Assembly: GCA_963628165.1 (NCBI GenBank)
Contig: CAVGEG010000002.1
Span: 20,678-80,389, forward strand
Direction of reading: 5' to 3'
Origin: Paratractidigestivibacter sp.
GTDB lineage: Bacteria; Planctomycetota; Planctomycetia; Pirellulales; Thermoguttaceae
Length of the DNA: 59,712 bases
The notes beneath the pieces were generated by a model. That model had not been told where the DNA came from. It made no database searches and worked only from the letters and a program-made list of their open reading frames with translations. Numbering within the stretch: the first letter of the stretch is position 1; the number at the start of each line of letters is the position of its first letter. Of the stretch, positions 30,842 to 39,837 are shown in pieces. The translations under genes were made by a program, and so were the position numbers.

Positions 30842-30979
30842 AATGCCTCGCAGAGCGTAAGAATACGCGAAACAAAAAGAGTAACAGGGGCGCGCGTCAA
30901 AGCGTCGCGGAATCAAAACGCAAAAAACGCGCGCCCTCCTGAGAGCGCGCGTCTTCGCACGTTACTTTCGAGCCGCGGC

Positions 30980-33661
30980 TCAAAGTCCGAAGAATTCTTT
31001 CAATTCGTCAAAACCTTGAAGATGCTGCTTACCAGCCTTCTTTTCTTCGGAGAGGGGCTGGGCAGCCTTTTGTTTCGGCGAGACTTGAGCGGATCGCGGG
31101 GGACGATTGAAGTCGCGACGCTGACCGCCGAAGCGCTCGTTGCGTTCATGACGTTCGCCGCCGCGTTCGTTTCGCGGGGCGCGATCTCCTCTTTCGCGAC
31201 GGTCGCCCTTTTCGGCGCGACGTTCGTCGGACGCGCCTTCAGGACGCGGACGACGCGGACGACGTTGTTCTCTGTCTCCGGCCTGACGTTCTTCGCGCGG
31301 TTTGCGATCGAAGGAACGTCTTTCACGCTGTTCGCGCGCGGCGTTAGGAGCGATAAGAGAGAGACCAACGCGTTCGCGTTCGAGGTCGACGTCGAGAACC
31401 CACGCTTTTACCGTGTCGCCGACGGAGAGGACGTCGCGGGCGTCGCGGACGTGCGAAGCGCTCAATCGGCTAACGTGCGCCATACCGGAGGTAATCGCGC
31501 CAAAATCGATGAACGCGCCGTAATCGACGACGTGAGAGACGCGGCCCGTGAGTTCCATACCGGGCTTGAGGTCTTCGAGTTTCACGAGGTTCTTCTTGAA
31601 GATCGGATAGGGCTGCGAGTCGCGCACGTCGCGACCGGGGGTCGCCAATTCGGCGATGACGTCGGCGACGAGGAGCGGGCCGGCGGCGGAGAATTCCGCG
31701 GCGAGTTGCGCGCAGTCGGCGTCTTTCGTCGCTTCCGCGAATTCGGCGCGCTTCTGAGCGCAACGCAGATCCTCAACCGTGAAGCCGAACTTCTCGAGAA
31801 TCGACGTCGCAAGAGGGTAGCTTTCAGGATGAATCCACGTCGCGTCAAGGGGATTGTCGCCGCCGATTACGCGCATGAAGCCCGCGCTCTGACGATAAGT
31901 CGAATCGGAGACGCCGTCGACTTCCTTAAACTGTTCGCGAGAACGGAAGGCGCCCTTCGAACGACGATATTCGATAATATTCTTGACGGAAAGGGGCGTG
32001 AGGCCGACGACGTAGCTCAGCGTTTCGGCAGACGCGGCGTTGACGTCGACGCCGACGCAGTTGACGCAACGGGAAACGACGCGTCCAAGGACGTCGCGGA
32101 GCGTCTTCACGCGCAATTTGCGACAGAAGGGTTCGTCGCAGAGGAACTCGGGGGAAACTTTGACGTATTCTTCGAGGGGATTGATCAAGCGACGACCGAG
32201 CGAGACGGCGGCGCGTTCGAGGGTTTCGAGGTTCGGCAACTCTTTCTGCGCGATTTCGCTAGAGGCGTACGCGTCGAGTCCGACGTCGTTGACGTCGATG
32301 TAGAGGACGTCGTCGTTCGCAAAATGTTCGGCGATGAGATTCGCGAAGAAGGAATCGACGGTCTTAGGACGCCCGGAGCCGGCACGAAGGGCGAAGACGT
32401 TGATCTTAAAGCGTTTGACGAGGGCGACGATCTTCTCGACGGAAGCGGCGCATCGGTCTTCTTGGCCGCGAAGGGTAATCGTGTCGACGGCGAGGAGATT
32501 CCCGAATTCGTCGAGCGCGGCAATCTTGCAGGTGTTGCGATAAGCGCAATCGACGGCCAGGACGCGACGACGCGGCAAAGGACGCTGCATCAATTTATTG
32601 GCGAGCGCGGAACAAACGTTGTCGAGAGTCTGCTCGAGAGCGCCGTCGACGAGATCGCGACGCGTTTCGAATTCGAGCGCGGGAAGGAGGTAGGAATCGA
32701 CGGCGTCGCGAGCAGCGGCGACGAGATATTCGGCGTATAGACGACCTTCGAGTTTGAGTTCGGTCTGCGCGATTTCGTAAAGCTTCTCCTTGTCGACGTC
32801 GAGAGAGACGGCGAGGACGCGCGCGCTTTCGCCGCGATTGAGGGTCTGAATCTGATCGCGTGTAAGGCGACGAATGTCAAAAGACGCGTCGTAGTACGCG
32901 GAGTAGAGCTTGTCCTGCTGCTGAGCGCGAGCTTCGTCGTTCGTCTTTTTCTTAGAGGCTTTTTCTTCGTCTGCGACGGGAGCGGCTTGCGAGTTTTCTT
33001 CGCCGGTGGCAACCTCGGGGGTCGCTTCGCTATTCTCGGGATTATCGGGGTTCTCTTCGGCTTGTTCGGCGCGTTTTGAAACGATTCGCGCGGAACGCAG
33101 GATGAAACCGCGGGCGTTTTGACGCAGTTCGAAGTTTTCAGAATAGGCTTCGGCGACGATCGCGGCGGCGCCCTTGAGGGCTTCTTCGGCGGATGCGACG
33201 TTTTTCGCGGGGTCGACGTAAGGAGCGGCGAGCTCTTCAAGAGAGACGTTGGCGTCGGCGGCGTTCATGATCGCTTGAGCGAGAGGTTCCAAGCCTTTAG
33301 CGCGCGCTTCTTGAGGAACGGCGGCGGTCTTCGCTTTGAAGGGGACGTAGAGGTCGTCGAGACGGTGCGGAGAGCGGGTCTCGATAATCATACTTTCAAG
33401 CTCGGGAGTGAGTTTCTGCTGAGCTTCGAAAGTTTTGAGGTAAGAATATTTGCGGTCGCAGAATTTTCGCTGCTCGTCGTAAGCGGCGGCCAACTTGAGG
33501 AGCTCGGCGTCTTTGAGCTGCGTCTGATCCTTTCTATAACGTAGGATAAAAGGGACGGAGAGTCCTTCGTAAAGAAGGTTTGCGGCAGCTTCGACTTTCT
33601 CAACGGGCAAGTCGAGGGTTCGCGACAGAGAACGTGGATTGACCTTAATCGCTTCAATCAT
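30980..33661 (-). CDS. tex: Tex-like transcription accessory protein (YqgF/HhH/S1 domains) with an Arg/Glu-rich C-terminal tail
   Basis: The N-terminus is Tex-like (PFILRYRKDQT). The S1 domain reads GMELTGRVSHVVDYGAFIDFG...GMAHVS. A tail of about 120 aa rich in R, E and D follows. Confidence 0.88.
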   Translation of the reverse strand: MIEAIKVNPRSLSRTLDLPVEKVEAAANLLYEGLSVPFILRYRKDQTQLKDAELLKLAAAYDEQRKFCDRKYSYLKTFEAQQKLTPELESMIIETRSPHRLDDLYVPFKAKTAAVPQEARAKGLEPLAQAIMNAADANVSLEELAAPYVDPAKNVASAEEALKGAAAIVAEAYSENFELRQNARGFILRSARIVSKRAEQAEENPDNPENSEATPEVATGEENSQAAPVADEEKASKKKTNDEARAQQQDKLYSAYYDASFDIRRLTRDQIQTLNRGESARVLAVSLDVDKEKLYEIAQTELKLEGRLYAEYLVAAARDAVDSYLLPALEFETRRDLVDGALEQTLDNVCSALANKLMQRPLPRRRVLAVDCAYRNTCKIAALDEFGNLLAVDTITLRGQEDRCAASVEKIVALVKRFKINVFALRAGSGRPKTVDSFFANLIAEHFANDDVLYIDVNDVGLDAYASSEIAQKELPNLETLERAAVSLGRRLINPLEEYVKVSPEFLCDEPFCRKLRVKTLRDVLGRVVSRCVNCVGVDVNAASAETLSYVVGLTPLSVKNIIEYRRSKGAFRSREQFKEVDGVSDSTYRQSAGFMRVIGGDNPLDATWIHPESYPLATSILEKFGFTVEDLRCAQKRAEFAEATKDADCAQLAAEFSAAGPLLVADVIAELATPGRDVRDSQPYPIFKKNLVKLEDLKPGMELTGRVSHVVDYGAFIDFGAITSGMAHVSRLSASHVRDARDVLSVGDTVKAWVLDVDLERERVGLSLIAPNAAREQRERRSFDRKPREERQAGDREQRRPRRPRPEGASDERRAEKGDRRERGDRAPRNERGGERHERNERFGGQRRDFNRPPRSAQVSPKQKAAQPLSEEKKAGKQHLQGFDELKEFFGL

Positions 33662-34066
33662 GTTAAACGCATCCGGTGAACAAGCAGATGAAACATAGCG
33701 TCATGCTCTCGCGGCGCGATAGAGCGGCAAGGGCGCGACCTTAAATAATAAAAAAGCCGACCAGCGTCGGACATTCGCGCCAAAACATAAAGGCGCGATT
33801 GTTAAAAATCCTAAATAATAAAGCGGATCTTGTCAAGAGAAAGGGCGTTTTTTTCAAAAAAATCCCTATTTCTAGCATGGGTAAAGACGCCGATAAAGGA
33901 AGTCGAGGGGCGAGTATGCGTCGTCGCCCCCTATTTAATGTAGTATTCAGCGCTATAATCAGCGAAATGAGCGAAGTTCGCGAGACGCGCTTCCCGCGAT
34001 CGTGGCGCGCTTAGCGTCAGTTTTTATCCTGGTTTGTATCGCTACTAACGCGAAAGGGAATTCTCA

Positions 34067-35155
34067 ATGTCGGAACGCATGTATAATTTTTCCGCCGGCC
34101 CAGCCGTTTTGCCAGTTTCTGTTTTGAAAAAAGCTCAGGAAGAACTCCTCTGTCTCCCAGGTTGCGGCGCGTCTATTCTTGAAATCAGTCACCGATCCAA
34201 GCAGTTCGGCGAGATTCTGGCGCAAACCAAGCAGAACGTGCGCGATCTTCTCGGCGTTCCGGAGAACTACAAGATTCTTTTCCTCCAAGGCGGCGCTCTC
34301 ACGCAATTCGCCCTTATCCCGATGAACATCATCCGCAACCGCGACGTCTCCGCCGACTACATCGTCACCGGCAACTGGAGCAAGAAATCCGCGTCGGAAG
34401 CGAAGACCCAGGGTAAGATCAACATCATCTTCGACAACAAAGAAGAAGGTTACGTCCGCAAGCCGAAGGACGAAGAGCTCCACGCCACTCCCGGCGCCGC
34501 GTACTGCTACTACTGCGCCAACGAAACGATAGAAGGCATTCAGTTCCCGCGCGAACCGAAACTCGACCTTCCCCTCGTCTGCGACGCCTCGAGCGAAATC
34601 TTCTCCCGTCCCGTCAATATTGAGAAGTACGGCATTCTTTACGCTTGCGCGCAGAAGAACGCGGGCCCCGCGGGCGTCACGCTCCTTATCATGCGCGACG
34701 ATTTCGTCGAGATGAGCGGCGACGATCTTCCCTCGATGTTCTCCTACAAGAAGCTCGCCGAAAAGGATTCGATGCTCAACACGCCTCCGACCTTCGGCAT
34801 TTACATCATGAAGCTCGTCACCGATTGGCTCAAGGAACAAGGCGGTCTTCAGAAGATGTATGAACGCAACCTTGAAAAGGCGAAGCTCATCTACGACGTC
34901 ATCGACGCGTCGAACGGCTTCTATCACGTCCACGGCCAGAAGGAATATCGTTCCTTCATGAACGTTTCGTTCCGCCTCCCCTCGGAAGAGCTCGACAAGA
35001 AATTCCAAGCGGACGCGAAGGAATACAACCTGACGAGCCTCGGCGGTCACCGTAGCGTCGGCGGCGAACGCGCGTCGATTTACAACGCGATGCCACGCGA
35101 AGGAGTCGTAGCTCTCCGCGACTTCATGATCGACTTCATGAAGAAGAACTCGTGA
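34067..35155 (+). CDS. serC: Phosphoserine aminotransferase
   Basis: It begins YNFSAGPAVLP and shows SerC-like blocks over its full length (FLQGGA, YCANETI.G, AQKN.GPAG, GGxRASIYNAM). Confidence 0.95.
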   Translation: MSERMYNFSAGPAVLPVSVLKKAQEELLCLPGCGASILEISHRSKQFGEILAQTKQNVRDLLGVPENYKILFLQGGALTQFALIPMNIIRNRDVSADYIVTGNWSKKSASEAKTQGKINIIFDNKEEGYVRKPKDEELHATPGAAYCYYCANETIEGIQFPREPKLDLPLVCDASSEIFSRPVNIEKYGILYACAQKNAGPAGVTLLIMRDDFVEMSGDDLPSMFSYKKLAEKDSMLNTPPTFGIYIMKLVTDWLKEQGGLQKMYERNLEKAKLIYDVIDASNGFYHVHGQKEYRSFMNVSFRLPSEELDKKFQADAKEYNLTSLGGHRSVGGERASIYNAMPREGVVALRDFMIDFMKKNS

Positions 35156-35187
35156 TAAGAAGGTCGTCTACGATCTGAAACAAAACG

Positions 35188-35223
35188 GCCCCTTTCCTTC
35201 TCGCAGGGAAAGGGGCTTTTTTT
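35188..35223 (+). terminator. Rho-independent terminator after serC
   Basis: The stem gcccctttcc (35188-35197) pairs with ggaaaggggc (35207-35216) and is followed by T7. Confidence 0.8.
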
Positions 35224-35362
35224 ATTGGGGCGCGTTTCGACAAGACGCGTCGATCTAGGAGGGGTTGTTGTCAAGCGTCGCCCCGCGCTCTTAGCAAGGG
35301 GGATTGTCGGCGCGGATAGAGAAAGAAGGCGAGGGTAGGAAGAAATAGCGTTACAGGGGCAT

Positions 35363-35403
35363 AAAAAAAGAGAGACGTCCATCCGATAAGGAGGGACGCT
35401 CTC
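35363..35403 (-). terminator. Rho-independent terminator after the Cys-rich protein gene
   Basis: On the minus strand, gagagcgtccc...ggacgtctctc forms a stem with one bulge and is followed by TTTTTTTAT. Confidence 0.5.
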
Positions 35404-35464
35404 AGAACTTTTGGTAAAAGCCGCCGGGTTAGCTAGCAGGCTTTTTCAGCAGAGTCAATTCAAC

Positions 35465-36100
35465 TCAGTTGGCGCAAGCGGGAGCGCAAGGAGCGACAGG
35501 CGCGCAAGCGGACGGAGCGCAAGCAGGACGGCAGACCTTGAAGCTGAACTTGAAGCAGGGCTTGCAGGGCTTGCAGCAGACAGGCTTGCAGGGCTTGCAG
35601 CAGACAGGCTTGCAGGGCTTGCAGCAGACGGGCTTGCAGGGCTTGAAGCACTTCTTGAAGCAGAGGGGCTTGCAAGGAGCGCAAGCGGGAGCGGCGTCGC
35701 AAGCGGGAGCGCAAGGAGCGACGGGTTCGCAAGCGGCGGGAGCGGCGTCGCAAGCGGGAGCGCAAGGAGCGACAGGCTCGCAAGCGGCGGGAGCGCAAGC
35801 GGCGGGAGCGCAACAGCAGAACTTAACGCGGACGGGGCAAAGAGCCTTGAGGTTCTTGAAGGGAGTGAAGGGCTTGCAACAAGGAGCGCAAGGAGCGGCG
35901 TCGCAAGCGGGAGCGCAAGGAGCAACGTCGCAAGCGGGAGCGCAAGGAGCGACAGGTTCGCAAGGAGCGACAGCTTCAGCGGCTTCAGTGACGGCAGCTT
36001 CAGGAGCCGGAGCGGCTTCTTGAGCGGCTTCTTGAGCGAAAGTGAAAGAGGCGGAAAGGACGAGCGCCAACGCCGCTAACGAGCTCAGAAATTTTTTCAT
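35465..36100 (-). CDS. Secreted Cys/Pro/Ala-rich tandem-repeat protein (211 aa, about one residue in five is Cys)
   Basis: This is the only one of five overlapping frames with an AGGAG Shine-Dalgarno site and a signal peptide (MKKFLSSLAALALVLSASFTFAQ). The body consists of EPVAPCAPACDAAP and CKPCKPVC repeats. Confidence 0.7.
   Translation of the reverse strand: MKKFLSSLAALALVLSASFTFAQEAAQEAAPAPEAAVTEAAEAVAPCEPVAPCAPACDVAPCAPACDAAPCAPCCKPFTPFKNLKALCPVRVKFCCCAPAACAPAACEPVAPCAPACDAAPAACEPVAPCAPACDAAPACAPCKPLCFKKCFKPCKPVCCKPCKPVCCKPCKPVCCKPCKPCFKFSFKVCRPACAPSACAPVAPCAPACAN
35561..35647. repeat. Tandem 24-nt repeat (about 3.6 copies) inside the Cys-rich gene
   Basis: The unit cttgcagggcttgcagcagacagg starts at 35561, 35585 and 35609, and a partial fourth copy follows. 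It encodes the CKPCKPVC units on the minus strand. Confidence 0.9.
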
Positions 36101-36216
36101 TTGGAAATACTCCTAAAAATTAGTTGCGGGGCGCCTACATGGGGTCTACTCAACCTTCATGCGTCGCCTAAACACTTACGATAGGAAATAGTCAAATCTC
36201 CTAACCATTTCTCACA

Positions 36217-36244
36217 AGTATAACTACCCATCTTGGCTTGTCAA
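36217..36244 (-). promoter_or_regulatory. Sigma70-like promoter for the Cys-rich protein gene
   Basis: On the minus strand, TTGACA (36244-36239) is followed by a 16-nt spacer and TATACT (36222-36217). This implies a 5' UTR of about 110 nt. Confidence 0.45.
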
Positions 36245-36489
36245 CAAAAATTTCATTTATTTTACTTATTTTCCTAAATTTTTCTAAAGATTTGTATCTA
36301 ATCCATATTACTCGGATTTTCAAAGGTTAAGCATTAACAAATATATCGATTACAACATTTGCAACAATTAACCAATCAATCTCGTCTAGTGAGGAAATTT
36401 CCTACTTTCGAGGAGAAGACTTCCTTTCCACCTCATACAGAAAAGGGACGCGATCTCCGCGCCCCTTACTCTCTTATCGCCTTGCGAAA

Positions 36490-38229
36490 CTACTCCTTCA
36501 CGATCGCGATCTGCGCAAAATACGCGGCCTCAAATTCCCATCCGTTCGGTTCGTTCACGATTTCCAGCGTCGTCTCCTGCCCCGCGAACTCGTTGAGAGG
36601 AATCTCAAAACGCGCCCACCCCGACGCGTCGACCGTCGTCGATCCAATCGTAGCGTTTAGAAGTTCGCGTCCGTTCCCCTTAACTTTCAGGACGTAATCG
36701 CCAATCTGATTTCCGTCGGCGTGATGCGACGCGACGACAACGAGCGTATCCCCTTTCTCAGGCGTTACGGTCTTCGAAAGAACCGCCCCCACTTCGCGAC
36801 TCTCGGGGTGCGTCATGAAAACGTTCTCGCGTCCGCGATAGGATTCGCGATACCCCGGATTCATGTCGGGCCCCATATGCGACACGCTGAAACCGGAGAA
36901 GTAACGATCCAAAATTTCCTCGTTCGAGTACATGCGGAACTTAATCTGCGCGAGCTCTTCTTCGTTAAAGAGCGCGGCGTCCCCCGTCTCAGGCGCGTCC
37001 GCGGGATTGGCGCACGACGTCGTTTTGCTCGGGACGACGGGAATCACGGGAATATAGAAGTACTTTTCGCCATTCTCATCAACGATGGATCCGCCGTCGC
37101 GAAGGAGCGCTTGAACGGCGATTTTTTCGCACACGTCGATTAGCGCGGGGAAGTTATACGCGGTGTGGCTGAACACGCCCGATTCGTCGAGCTTTTCGGA
37201 GAAGCGCGGCGGCAGCGCTTTGAATCCGAGAGTCGTGAAGAGGATCCCCGCCGCGTTCGACGGATTGCAGTCGGAATCTTGCCCGCAACGCGTCGAAATG
37301 ACGATCGTCTTATCAAGATCCCCCTCCCCGTAGAGAAGTCCGACCAAGATATACGCGCCGTTAATCTTCGCGTCGATATTAAACGGGGCGTCCTTGCCGG
37401 AGCAGGACCACTGGCGATACTCGGGATTATGCTGATACTTTTCGTTGATCTTATTCCAGCATGCTTCCCAATCGTTGGGGAATTCTTGCTTCCACTGGAG
37501 GACGTCGCGCACCATCTCCGCGTATTGCGATTCCGCGGGGATCGCTTCAAGCGCCTTTCGAATGATCTTCTCGACGTCCGTCTCAAAGAACGCTTCGCTA
37601 TACATCGCGCCGACAAATTGCCCCGCGTAGAGACCGTCGCCGTAATTCATCAATCTTCCGAAGGTCTCCCCCATTCTCACGGCGTTATTCGGAAGACCTG
37701 GGGAAACAAGACCGGAGAAGTCCGCTTCGATTTGATAGTCGATATCGTCGGCGCACCTATTGAACGCGGGGTGCCCCGAATTGGGGGGCGCGATCCCCAT
37801 GCGCAGATTCGTGCGTCCCTCATTGTTCGCGTGCCAGAGCATATACTCGCTATTCGCAAAATCGAGCCCTGCTTGGCGGATCGAAACGTCGAGTCCGTAA
37901 TCTTCGAGGGTTTTCAAAAAGGTCATTTCAACATACAAGTCGTCTTGACCAAACGCGTCGTTAATCATCTCAGGACGCCATGTCGGCATATCCCCTTCTG
38001 GGATCATTTTGTCGGTCCATCGAAATTCGGTCGGAGCTCCCCAACAGACGCCGGCGATCTGTCCGATCCACCCGGCCTTCATTTTATCGCGATATTCGGC
38101 GACGGAAATCTTTCGGAACGCTTTAGCGGCGGTCGCGTTATCTTCGGCGCGAGCGGGCGCGACGACCAAACACGCGCTCAGTATCGAGGCGGCGCCAAGA
38201 GCTAGGGAGACAAAATTCTTCTTCATCAC
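36490..38229 (-). CDS. Secreted ADP-ribosylglycohydrolase family protein with a C-terminal beta-sandwich-like extension
   Basis: A signal peptide (MMKKNFVSLALGAASILSACLVVAPARA) is followed by family blocks, including STRCGQDSDCNPSNAAG. Confidence 0.82.
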   Translation of the reverse strand: MMKKNFVSLALGAASILSACLVVAPARAEDNATAAKAFRKISVAEYRDKMKAGWIGQIAGVCWGAPTEFRWTDKMIPEGDMPTWRPEMINDAFGQDDLYVEMTFLKTLEDYGLDVSIRQAGLDFANSEYMLWHANNEGRTNLRMGIAPPNSGHPAFNRCADDIDYQIEADFSGLVSPGLPNNAVRMGETFGRLMNYGDGLYAGQFVGAMYSEAFFETDVEKIIRKALEAIPAESQYAEMVRDVLQWKQEFPNDWEACWNKINEKYQHNPEYRQWSCSGKDAPFNIDAKINGAYILVGLLYGEGDLDKTIVISTRCGQDSDCNPSNAAGILFTTLGFKALPPRFSEKLDESGVFSHTAYNFPALIDVCEKIAVQALLRDGGSIVDENGEKYFYIPVIPVVPSKTTSCANPADAPETGDAALFNEEELAQIKFRMYSNEEILDRYFSGFSVSHMGPDMNPGYRESYRGRENVFMTHPESREVGAVLSKTVTPEKGDTLVVVASHHADGNQIGDYVLKVKGNGRELLNATIGSTTVDASGWARFEIPLNEFAGQETTLEIVNEPNGWEFEAAYFAQIAIVKE

Positions 38230-38330
38230 ATACTTCCTTCAATTGCCTGGAGGCGTCAAGAAACAAGCGAGGGAAGTTCCTCGCCGAAAGACGTCATTGT
38301 ACAAGAAAGGAGATGAAAAAGCAAAACGCG

Positions 38331-38363
38331 AAAAAAAAAGCGCGACGAAGTTACTCGACGCGC
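38331..38363 (-). terminator. Rho-independent terminator after purA
   Basis: On the minus strand, the hairpin gcgcgtcgag-taac-cttcgtcgcgc (one mismatch) is followed by T9. Confidence 0.6.
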
Positions 38364-38395
38364 ACGTGGATTTGCCTATTAAACTAAGGTCTCGA

Positions 38396-39694
38396 TCACT
38401 TGATGATCGTCTGATCGCGGCTTGGACCGACGGACACGATCGCGACGGGCTTACCGACGACTTCGGAGAGACGATCGAGGTACTTCTTCGCGTTTTCGGG
38501 AAGATCTTCGTACTTGCGCACGCCGGTAATGTCTTCGAACCAACCGGGCAGAGTTTCGTAGATCGGCTTGACGCGCGCGAGATCGTCGACGTCGCTGGGG
38601 AAGTACTCGATGCGTTTGCCGTCGAGCTCATAGGCGACGCAGATATTGATCGTATCGAACCCGCTAAGCACGTCGAGAAGCATGACGGAGAGTTCCGTCG
38701 CGCCGCCTAAACGGCTCGTGTAACGAACGGCGACGGCGTCGAACCAACCGCAACGACGTGGACGCTTCGTGATCGTGCCGTATTCGTTTCCGCGGTCGCG
38801 AATCTTCTGTCCGATTTCGTCGTGCAATTCGGTCGGGAAGGGACCGCCGCCGACGCGAGTGGCGTACGCCTTGACGACGCCGACGATTCTCTTGAAGAAG
38901 GTCGCGCGGATACCGGAACCGGCGCAAACGCCAATCCCGGAGCTGTTGCTACTCGTGACGTAGGGGAAGGTTCCGTAATCGACGTCGAGGAGGGAGCCTT
39001 GGGCGCCTTCGAGAAGGATCTTCTTATCGGCGTCGACCGCGTCGAGAATGTAGTTGACGGCGTCGCCGACGAAGGGGCGCAGACGTTCCGCGTATCCCAT
39101 GTAATCTTTGATGATCTGCTCGGCGTCGAGAGGCTTCACGGTCGCGCGAACTTCTTCGTTGCGCGCCATTCCTGGAAGGGACTGATTCTTGAGCGCGCAA
39201 ATAGCGCGAACTTTATCGGCGAAATCGGCGCGATAGAGATCGCCGATTCTAAGCGCGGTCGAACGACCGACTTTGTCGCGATAGCAAGGGCCGATCCCGC
39301 GCATCGTCGTTCCGATCGCTTCGGAGCGCACGCCGGTATCGTTCATCAAACGGTCTTCTTCACGATGCCACGGGAAGATGACGTGCGCGCGTTCGCTAAT
39401 CAGGAGATTCTTCTCGATCTCGACGCCCGATTGACGAAGCGTGTCGATTTCCTGCAAAATCGCGGCGGGATCAATCACGACGCCGCTTGCGATGACGGAC
39501 TTCACGTCGCTGCGGAAAACGCCGCTCGGAATGAGCGAAAGCTTGTACTTCTTGCCGTCGAAAACAACGGTATGACCTGCGTTAGAACCGCCTTGATAGC
39601 GCACGACAACGTCGTTCTGCGCCGTCAAAAGATCGACGATCTTACCCTTCGCTTCGTCTCCCCATTGCAAACCAATTACGCAAGTAGCGGCCAT
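38396..39694 (-). CDS. purA: Adenylosuccinate synthase
   Basis: It has GLQWGDEAKGKIVD, GGSNAGHT, TTMRGIGPCY and GPFPTEL blocks. Confidence 0.95.
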   Translation of the reverse strand: MAATCVIGLQWGDEAKGKIVDLLTAQNDVVVRYQGGSNAGHTVVFDGKKYKLSLIPSGVFRSDVKSVIASGVVIDPAAILQEIDTLRQSGVEIEKNLLISERAHVIFPWHREEDRLMNDTGVRSEAIGTTMRGIGPCYRDKVGRSTALRIGDLYRADFADKVRAICALKNQSLPGMARNEEVRATVKPLDAEQIIKDYMGYAERLRPFVGDAVNYILDAVDADKKILLEGAQGSLLDVDYGTFPYVTSSNSSGIGVCAGSGIRATFFKRIVGVVKAYATRVGGGPFPTELHDEIGQKIRDRGNEYGTITKRPRRCGWFDAVAVRYTSRLGGATELSVMLLDVLSGFDTINICVAYELDGKRIEYFPSDVDDLARVKPIYETLPGWFEDITGVRKYEDLPENAKKYLDRLSEVVGKPVAIVSVGPSRDQTIIK

Positions 39695-39837
39695 GTCAAC
39701 ACCTTTCGTAAATGCAACCGACTAATCGCTCAGATCCAAACGCGTAAATGATTAGAAGAACGCGCGTTCAGATTTCCCAGCACACGAAAAAGTCATTTTA
39801 TCCCTATTGGACAAAAAGAAAAGCCCCCGGCAAGAGG

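Noticed and set aside
33780-33950. A possible small RNA between tex and serC. It has a TTGTCA-like box near 33830 and the hairpin ggggcga...tcgcccc near 33905-33930.
   Set aside because: The promoter match is poor and the hairpin lacks a U-tract. I cannot support this without expression or conservation data.
35411-36079. Four alternative ORFs over the Cys-rich gene: 35411..36079 (+), 35469..36023 (+), 35455..35925 (-) and 35460..35813 (-).
   Set aside because: They arise because the GC-rich tandem repeats lack stop codons in most frames. None has a start context with a Shine-Dalgarno site plus a signal peptide, unlike 35465..36100 (-).
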